This document shows positions 55,643 through 64,000 of a stretch of 64,000 nucleotides of DNA, piece by piece (positions within the stretch are counted from its first letter, which is position 1; each line of letters starts with the position of its first letter). The translations under genes were made by a program, and so were the position numbers. The notes beneath the pieces are model-generated. The model was not told the DNA's origin, made no database searches, and was given only the letters and a program-made list of their open reading frames with translations. This DNA comes from Chrysomallon squamiferum (taxonomy: Eukaryota > Animalia > Mollusca), in contig CM022676.1 in assembly GCA_012295275.1 (NCBI GenBank), forward strand, positions 13,702,001 to 13,766,000. Direction: 5' to 3'.

Positions 55643-55951
55643 CATGAACTAGTATAGTTAGATTGTTACTGATAATTCCTCCAAATTCACTCTGACAAAT
55701 CCATGCTATTCCATGTTCACTGAAGTTGATATTATTTATTGTCAAGTCGAATATAATTCCTCCATTACATGAAGTAATATACTGTGATGGAGCATTTCCA
55801 CTGCAACTTGTCCCTGAATCTTGTTGCACTGTGTAGGTATTACTTCCCCGTATCCAGTTTATTGCATTCACTGTAGTGGTTGTATTACATATAAGGGTTA
55901 CTGAAGATCCACTAACAACTTTTTCTTTAGACTGTGTCAAGATATACTCTC
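55643..55951 (-). CDS. Type B3 V/I-like Ig exon with four Cys
   Basis: atttcag acceptor, gtatga donor, 309 nt. Encodes GEYILTQSKEKVVSGSSVTLICNT...INWIRG...SC...SC...FDLTI...EHGIAWICQSEFGG. Confidence 0.9.
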
Positions 55952-56682
55952 CTGAAATAAATGAGTAAATACATGTGTACTTATAAGCATTCATATATAT
56001 GCATATCATATAATATAATATTACATTTATTTATTTATTGAATGTTAATGAAAAGGACAGCTGTTGTTTTTTTTGTTTTTCATTTATTTATTTATTTACT
56101 TTTATTAGATGAACTGCCAAAACAGGACATTCCTAAGATCTTGATAAGTAGACAGCTGCATTTGGAAGAGGGATGATAAATGCATAACAGTGAATTTTGT
56201 TATGGCTTATCACTCATAGAACATCAGTGACATAAAACGATTTACCAATAAAATCTTTACCAAAGGCATTAATTATGAAGTCTAAGAAGCCTGAAAGAAG
56301 ATTTCCCAATCTTTCAAGGCCTGAATTAATCTTCAGTCCCTTTTTTATTTAGCAGTGACCTATTATTGAGAAAGTCTTCCAGATGCATTTGTTTCTTTTT
56401 TTTTTTCTAGCTAGAGAGTGAAAAATTTAAAATGAATTATGCAATCATGTAACCAGTTCTTAGTTTAATAAATAAAATGAAGACTAAAAATATTTTTACT
56501 ATAGTTTTAATTCACTCTGATTTAAAAACTTAGATACAAAAGAATGGGGAATGTCTTGGGAGCATGTTTGACATAGGCAAGATATGGATGTTATCTCCAA
56601 GGAAGTTCTGCACAATTTAAAATGGAGTCATGCTACAAAAAGCACTTTGTCACTGTTGAAAAAATAGTAAACAATCAGACAG

Positions 56683-56827
56683 AAATGTCATCCTTAATTC
56701 ATGAGCCCTAAGTTACTTCACACCATCTATGTACTATGATGCTTGCCTTGTTCGCCAGGTATCAGTCTAATAACTGGATGGTGTGAGGTAACTTAGCGTG
56801 TATTAAGGATGATGATGGATGACATTT
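56683..56827. repeat. Inverted repeat / fold-back element in a B3 intron
   Basis: aaatgtcatccttaat...ctaagttacttcacaccatc pairs with gatggtgtgaggtaacttag...attaaggatga...ggatgacattt. Confidence 0.7.
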
Positions 56828-58284
56828 ATTCTATTTGCATTCTTCAGATGTTAATCATGGCATTCCTATGATGATGTTCCTCATGTTGTCTGAACCATTT
56901 TCATACCTCAGTTTTTCTGAAATTTCAGTTTTAAAGTAAACAATTTTCATTTGGCTTTCATTTTGTATCAGTTTTTGTTTTTCATTACAATGAAATGAAC
57001 CATGTTTTACATAAAACATTTATTTTGGTTTGCCATATTAACTAAGGCGAAAAAAGAATTCTATAGATCAAATGCGCAGTTGTCAATTTCTATAGAACAG
57101 CATGAATTTGTGTGTGTGTGTATATTTATTATGTATCACCATTGCCTTTGTTGACAGCTCGTTTCTTTAATTACTATAAATAACTTCGTTTTAGTATTAT
57201 CAATACGTAACACACAATACTAAAATCATCCTGTTACTCATGAGACATCTTATTTTAGATACTAAAAAATTGGGTTGAATAATTGAACAGTTGTGGGATC
57301 CTGAAGTTGATGTACGCTTTAAGAAAATATGGAATGAAAGAGGACCCTGTATTTGTGAGAAGTTGATGGAACACCTAATTTTAGTTAAAGTGTGAACAGA
57401 ACAATTTGATTATTTTCAATTTTTTTGATTCTGTACATCTCTAATTCAGTAATTTTTTGTGGCCATTTTTGTAAGAGTGTTTTGCTTTATATAGGACTCT
57501 AATTGTTATTTTTATTTCATTTGGTTGTTCAGTTAGAAAAAAATTTGCTGACTGCATCGTTTTTAATAGCATACAGTATGAAATAAAATATTTTCGGATA
57601 AGATGTACATATATAATTTAAAGCAAGATGCTTAGTAAAGAGCTTTCAACTCCAATGAAAGTCATCTAAATTGGGCATCAACAGCAACAAGTAAATGATT
57701 CAATTTTCATAGGTGTGTGAAGTAACAGAAATATGTTCCATTCTCAATAGATCAAATACATTTTTTATCAAGAATTACACCAATTCACAAACTGTTAATC
57801 AGTTTCTGAATTACTTGATGTTTAGAAACATGTTTATCATCTACACTTAATAATGTTGCCTGGGTAAACTTTCAAAAACCTACTCATGTTCCTTTTTCAG
57901 TAATGCAAAATTATTTAAAATTTGAAGCACTTATTTAAAAAATTATCTCACACAAGATTGAATTTGGCCCATCTAAATCAAAATTATAACACAAAGTGTT
58001 TAAATAATTAGATATCAAAGCTGATGATTGGTATTTTAATTGTTTCTTGCCAAGCTGTGAAGACTAGCAGTGATATTTGTGTAAGTTAATATAGACAGAA
58101 TCATGTTAGGAGCAGTTTATCATTATCAACTCAGCTGACTTGTTTTCTGGGGTAAGATTTACATTAAAGTGACATATCAGGATGAACGTATGTATCCAGT
58201 TTTTAAGTGTTTTAGAAATTAAAGATTAAGCAAAAATGTCCCTAAGAAAATATCTTCTGAAATGAAATACTTCAATAAACTCAC

Positions 58285-58342
58285 CTAAAACAACTTTAAG
58301 GAGAGTAGTAAATGCAAATATAAGGACAACTTTCATTTCCAT
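58285..58342 (-). CDS. Type B3 signal-peptide exon
   Basis: Encodes MEMKVVLIFAFTTLLKVVL; phase-1 donor gtgagt; upstream poly-T cag acceptor at ~58355. Confidence 0.85.
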
Positions 58343-58915
58343 AGTGCACAGAATCTGAAAAAAAAAAAATCATATCATCATTATAATAATTCACTACGGT
58401 TTTATTCATACCAGTTAATCTGAATATAAACATAGGGTCTATGTTTCTATTTTTGTACAGTTAAATGGTATTTTGTAATTGACATTATACTGAACTCCTT
58501 TATTTGTGGGTACAGAGAAGAACAGTTTCTTACTGAAAGAAAAAATAAGGTTTGTATAACTAGGTTATCACCCACAAAAACCCCAACAAAAGTGGTACAA
58601 ACATATAACCATTATAACTATTATGAGAAACCTGTGCAATGAAATAAAATTATTGATTATGTTAGAATAAAAATAATTATGATAAAATAAAACTCTGTTG
58701 ACACAATTTCCTCTGATACACACCTTCTTTATACAGCCATATTTATTCAGGTTGATTGTCAGTGCATTCCTTTATTGAAACATTAAATAACAGTATTAAA
58801 TGCTCTGAGTAACTTGATTGAAGAATGATCAGGAGTGAAAAGGAAACACCTTTTCTTTTGTAAATACTGGGCTCTTGAGAAAGCATGAAGTAGGCCATGT
58901 GATTTTATTTGGCCT

Positions 58916-58955
<40 letters not shown>

Positions 58956-59266
58956 CACTAATAAATAGAAATAATGCGAAAGGAAATAATTCAAAAAAAA
59001 AAAAAAAAAAATTAATTTGCTATATTGCTCTAAAATCTGCCACTTTATATAATCACTAGAAAGAAGCATCAATTTTAAATATAAAACTGAAAACAGAGAT
59101 TGAAACTTAAACATATAAATATTTGAACTAATATTTTTATAACATGAAATGTGAAACAAAAAATGAAAGGTAATTGTTTGAAATTTTTATCCTTAACCGT
59201 TTGGTCAAACACATTCTATACTTAATTTAAGATTATATGGGATATAATTACATTTGATATAATATA

Positions 59267-60508
59267 GGGTAAGGTGGGGGTAATTAAGGCCCCCCATTTC
59301 CATTTGACCTCAGCTACAGTTTCACAGACAAAAGGAATCAACAAAATGGAGTGAATAATGTTTAGTATATCTATTTCTGCTTCAGTATACACAAACACTA
59401 CATGCACAGTGTTTATGCTTTTGAAATGGGAACTGGGTTTAAAATTGATTTGGGGTAAATCTGGCCCCCACATTCATGATTCATTTTGGTCCTCAAATCT
59501 GTTGTACTGATAGTCTGTTAATTGCTATGTAATCACTGTCTACTACTACTAATAATTTGTCCTAATCATAATACAAGTCAGATTCAAAACTTCAATAAAT
59601 TAAACTCCTTGACAAATATCACACAAGAATACAATATCTTTCAAGTCTGCACCAGCTGGGATTTTGAGATTTGCACAAGAATCAAGACAAAACCAATTTG
59701 GGCACCGATCAAATCCTTTGAACTAATCGGAATTCATGCCATCATCAACACATTTTTCTTGTGTATCTACTACATCTCTTTCTTCAGGCTTGTCACCATC
59801 AACGTTTTCTTTGAATGCATCCACCAGTTCAACTGTCACATTCAAATTGAGCTGTCATTTTTCCTTTGGTGTTTTCTGTTGTATTTTGGTGTTTTTTGCC
59901 TCTCTCACCTTTGCTTTTTCCTTCCTCTTCTTCATACGTGTTGACACTTTCTTCTTCTGTCAATCCCTTGGCATACTTCATCCTCTTGATTTTATCTGAA
60001 GTTTGATGATGTGTACCACTAGATAGACAAAGGACTTTCAGTTGATTCAAAAAACTTAAATAAAACTCAGAATGGACTATATCAATGCCAAACCTATTGA
60101 TTTCTGCATCACATATGGATATCAGAATTGCCCCAAGTGGTGGAGTTAAATAAAACACACACTCCTTGCCTAATTACCATATATTAATCCAGTTTCTTCT
60201 GCTGAACTTAGTAATTGATTTTATGTTTACCTCTTAAAAGTTATCACTAAGCTTCTGTCTGTAGAACTAAAAAAATAACATTCAATTCTGAAACCTTAAA
60301 ATGTACTTTTTTTTTTACAACCTTGTTGTTTTCACTACTTTCTGGCCACTATACTCAATGTGTAAATGGCTGAGGATCTACATCCTTTGTTCTAATGAGA
60401 TACAGGAAGGTCCTATTTATATCAACAAAGTTCCAGAAGCCTGGGCAGAACAATATAATGGCTGTAAGTCATAATATACCTTGGGGCCAGAATTACCCCT
60501 CCTTACCA
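59267..60508 (-). mobile_element. Internally deleted pogo-like DNA transposon
   Basis: Imperfect TIRs ggtaaggtgggggtaattaaggcccc and ggggccagaattacccctccttacc. Minus-strand remnants include a K/E-rich tract (AKGLTEEE...) and a decayed PHD-like finger (FDRCPNWFCLDSC...FLCDIC), as often seen at pogo transposase C-termini. Confidence 0.65.
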
Positions 60509-60669
60509 TTTAATTTATAAAAATTGTTTTCTAGTTATTTATGTTGGTATTCTTTGCAAGCAATTAAATTATAATGTAACAAATGCATTTCATATTTTAC
60601 ACATACATCATTAATAGCCATTATGGTCATGTTTTGGTAAATTTACAGAAAAATATTCAATAAAAATTA

Positions 60670-60720
<51 letters not shown>

Positions 60721-61662
60721 TAAATAAAATTTACCAATAGGTTTTCTAAATTTTAACGAGTTATGTTGAGAGATACGTTAGTTGTTAACAAATGATTAGT
60801 TACTCAGGTGTTACTAGCGTGCCTTCAGATACAAGTTTGATGCTTGTCTGTTTAATGTTCCACGTTTACCTGTTTGATTGCTGACATGTGTGCCATCCTA
60901 AGTCATTTTGGCGACTAATGATAAGGGATTGGCTCCTACTTCTAGGTTGTTACCTAAGACATTAGATGTTTTGTGTTTTTTAAAGTCATACTTCTTGAGT
61001 ATCGAGGAATGAATCAGAACTTCTCAAAAGTTGCAAAAAAGTTATGTATATTTTGGATAATAAACAAAAGTGTTACAATTTCCTTGTTTCCTTTTTTTAA
61101 AATTCGCATCCACATTTCTTATTGTTTTTTTTTTTTTTTTTTATTGCATGTACATTTCTTATATACTTTTTGTACCCATCTTAAGATCCATAAAGGTTCA
61201 TTTCACAGTTTTTTCTGAAGACAGGTAGGAAAAGGAGGATAGTGAATAATGTTGTCAGATGAGTGTCAAATAATAAGTAAAATGAATATGTGTAACTGTA
61301 AGAAAAAACAGTGTCCTCAAATACACCGAAAGTACCTTTTTCCTAGCACAAACCAAATAAAACCGGTGAAAACCGGCACTGAGAACATCTGTTAATATTT
61401 TACCGATATTGATATTATCGGTAATTTGCAAACCCTACTTATGACCTATGTCACACATACTGTGTGTTAAATGTTCACGAAAATGCTTGGACGAAAGCAT
61501 AGCAATCATTTTACGTTCACTTATTTTGTAAACTGTATTTTAAATAAATATAACTGAAAAATATTTCAATAATACCCTCACCCAACACACATACAAACAC
61601 ATAAGAAATAAAGTTTTAGAAATAAAAAGCAGCTCCTAAAATAAACAAAACGAAGAAACTTA

Positions 61663-61775
61663 CCAAATTCTGTCCTACATTTAGTAACTCGGTCTCAATA
61701 ATGATTAGCGATGGACGAGTCTAATATTATGGCAGGGGATTACAACTCAGAGAATGAGATCTCATGACTCAAAAA
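61663..61775 (-). promoter_or_regulatory. Candidate non-coding first exon / promoter of B3
   Basis: Minus-strand donor TTG|gtaagt at ~61662, a locally CpG-richer region, and AP-1 motif TGACTCA at 61765-61771. The B3 ATG exon has an acceptor, so an upstream exon is expected. Confidence 0.3.
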
Positions 61776-61936
61776 TAACGTCTTGATCAAGCAAGCATAT
61801 TAAACGAGTAATATATATACGTGACAAAATCGTACATTTTGCCATTATCTGAGTTCACAATATCCGTAAAAGCTGTTGTATCCAGTTGTGTTTAGGGTCT
61901 CCAGAACTTACTGTAGTTTGTACGTTTTCTTAATTA

Positions 61937-62745
61937 CCGTATATACTTGTGTATAAGTCGAATTTTTGGGAGACTATATTAAGGTAATATTTTTGGGGTC
62001 GACTTATACATAGGTAATGCTTTTGTAGCTGTTGCTGAAGAGTCGCCATTTTGACTATTTTTTGCTACGGGATGCATCTAAAATAATCGCGGTCTTTCAG
62101 CTTTTCAAAAATATAATTTTATCGTATAAAAAAATTTGAAAAATTAAATAATAAAACCAAATATGAATATAAAACATGATATTCTTCCGTTTAATGACAT
62201 AAAAATACATTTTAAAGCGAGAAAACCGTCAGTACGGCGTTGTGCCTTACGGCGTCTTGCAATGATCTAGGAATGCAGACTTCTCTGCCAAATTGCACTA
62301 AATATCGGTCCTAATTTCATAAACAAAACTCACTTGTTTAATTGTAAATAATTTGGCGAAATAATATTGCAATCGTCATTAATATCCACTACCGACAAAT
62401 TTTGTAAATCATAGAACGGCTAAATATAACGGTAAGTTAGGTCTCCATGTTAGACCTATTACATTAAAGAGATACTATTTATGATACATTTAGGCTATAG
62501 CTCGTGCAATACATGCATTTACATTATTATGGTATGTTCGTGCAAGTTACAGCTCGTGCAAGTTATGTTACAGTAGGCGTACAATGTAGGCCTTCATGGC
62601 ACTGTCACACTGGTCTAAAAATAGTGACGGTGCCTGGAATCTACAGTCGACTTATACACAAGTAATACCTAAAATGACGCAATTTTTGGTCTTAAAATAC
62701 ATATCGACTTATACATAAGGTCGCCTTGTACACAAGTATATACGG
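61937..62745. mobile_element. Non-autonomous Tc2/pogo-group element (MITE)
   Basis: TIRs CCGTATATACTTGTGTATAAG and CTTGTACACAAGTATATACGG, TA on both flanks, repeated subterminal tcgacttatac motifs. Confidence 0.88.
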
Positions 62746-64000
62746 TAACCGGAATAAAAACTTAAAATGACTTAATACATATATTTCTCCGTTGTTTTTC
62801 TTTTGAATTTTTCCTTTTGCTGTTCTAAAATAATTTTTTATTTTTCAGCAGAAAGAAAGAAGAAGAAGAAAAAATAAATGTAAATGCTTGTCTGTTCAAA
62901 AACTAGTCTGAACTGTAGGCAGAACTGTGCAAAATATAATCAAATTCTGTCGCGAACCAATTCTGTAGCCAAAATCATCTGTTGACTTTATTATTATTAT
63001 TATTATTATTATTTTTTTTTTATTTGTCACATACATTTAGTAAATCGGCTCAGGCATCGTTCACTATCTATGTGGGCCCTGTTATTCATACATACGTTAT
63101 TTTGTATCAAGCATAGCAGCCCAGTGTTTTCTATAAAATGTTATTGATTAAACTGAGTTGTTACGGCGTTCCATCAGTAATATCTTTATGAATCGAACTA
63201 ATTTGCCCCAGTATGTGCCTTCGTTTTGCGTACGCTGTGGCCTAGTTTTGTATTTCTTCGTCTGTCCAGACTACCACGATGAACTGGCATTGCCTATTAC
63301 TATTAGTGCTGCAGTTAGCTTTTTAATTAACTTCTTGTTTCTAGGCTGACATCCCTGATCTGCCTGCAGAAACGTTTGAACTTGATCTGCTGATGATTTT
63401 TTTAATAAAGGAATACTGAGACAAAATGTTTTACTGTTAGAAAAAAATGGTACATTCTCATGCTCCAGTATACTGCAGACTTTTTAATACCTACACTGGG
63501 AAAGAAAAAGAGAGAGAGAAAAAAATAAAAATAAAAATATAAACACAAATAAATGAATAAATAAATAAATAATATTAAAAAAAGAGACTAATTCTACAGT
63601 TATTCTACAAAATAAAAAGTCATCAGTTACACTTTTATTATACATAATGATAATCCAAGGTCAATAATAATAAAAAAAAAAATGATTTTCCATATGACAA
63701 GATGGATAACGTTGTTTGAAACTGGCGAATTGTTTCGTGCTATTTGCTATTCACTGGGAAATGGAAAAATTAAACGTGTTAATCAGAGCGAGCTTTCTGA
63801 CAGGTCCGAGGGCGTGTCCGTCGCAGATGGATGGATGGAAAACTCTTTTTACGTGCCCACGTCCAATTCAAGGTTCGGGCACGCCTATCACGGATCCGAT
63901 CTCTGGGATCGCCAGGGATGGGTTCCGGGACAGGAGAGGGGAAGGGAAAAGGGGGAAAAGGAATGGGAAGGGAAGGGTGCAGGTGCATTTGAAGTGGGCA

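Noticed and set aside
63779-63988. Pro/Arg-rich 69-aa ORF
   Set aside because: Lies in a repeat related to 37810-37945 and a purine-rich tract at the window edge; no splice or domain support.

Overview
AT-rich metazoan genomic DNA with spliceosomal introns, many microsatellites and a 200-N scaffold gap at 17060-17259. The Ig-domain style suggests an invertebrate, possibly a mollusc, but this is inference. The window is a rearranged tandem cluster of two immunoglobulin-superfamily gene types, which I assembled by hand from AG/GT-bounded exons. Type A (two copies, ~500-4353 and ~22823-29721, + strand) is a type I membrane receptor: an N-terminal V-like domain lacking the canonical cysteines, a split atypical Ig domain, a canonical C2-type Ig domain, a TM segment and a predicted short tail ending in an ITIM-like VYYEQI. 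Type B is signal peptide, 4-Cys V/I-like domain, C2 domain, then a GPI-type signal. It has one apparently intact gene (58342-51403, minus strand, 249 aa), one frameshifted gene, two copies of an anchor-less gene and several scrambled exon fragments. Positions 1-17059 are a near-identical copy of 22337-50975 with deletions (segmental duplication or uncollapsed haplotype), and differences between the copies are enriched for amino-acid changes in the type A V exon. Also present: a 4.4-kb 53-bp satellite built from degenerate TTAGGG hexamers, a decayed Tc1 element, a pogo-like derivative and MITEs. All gene models are sequence-only predictions without transcript support.
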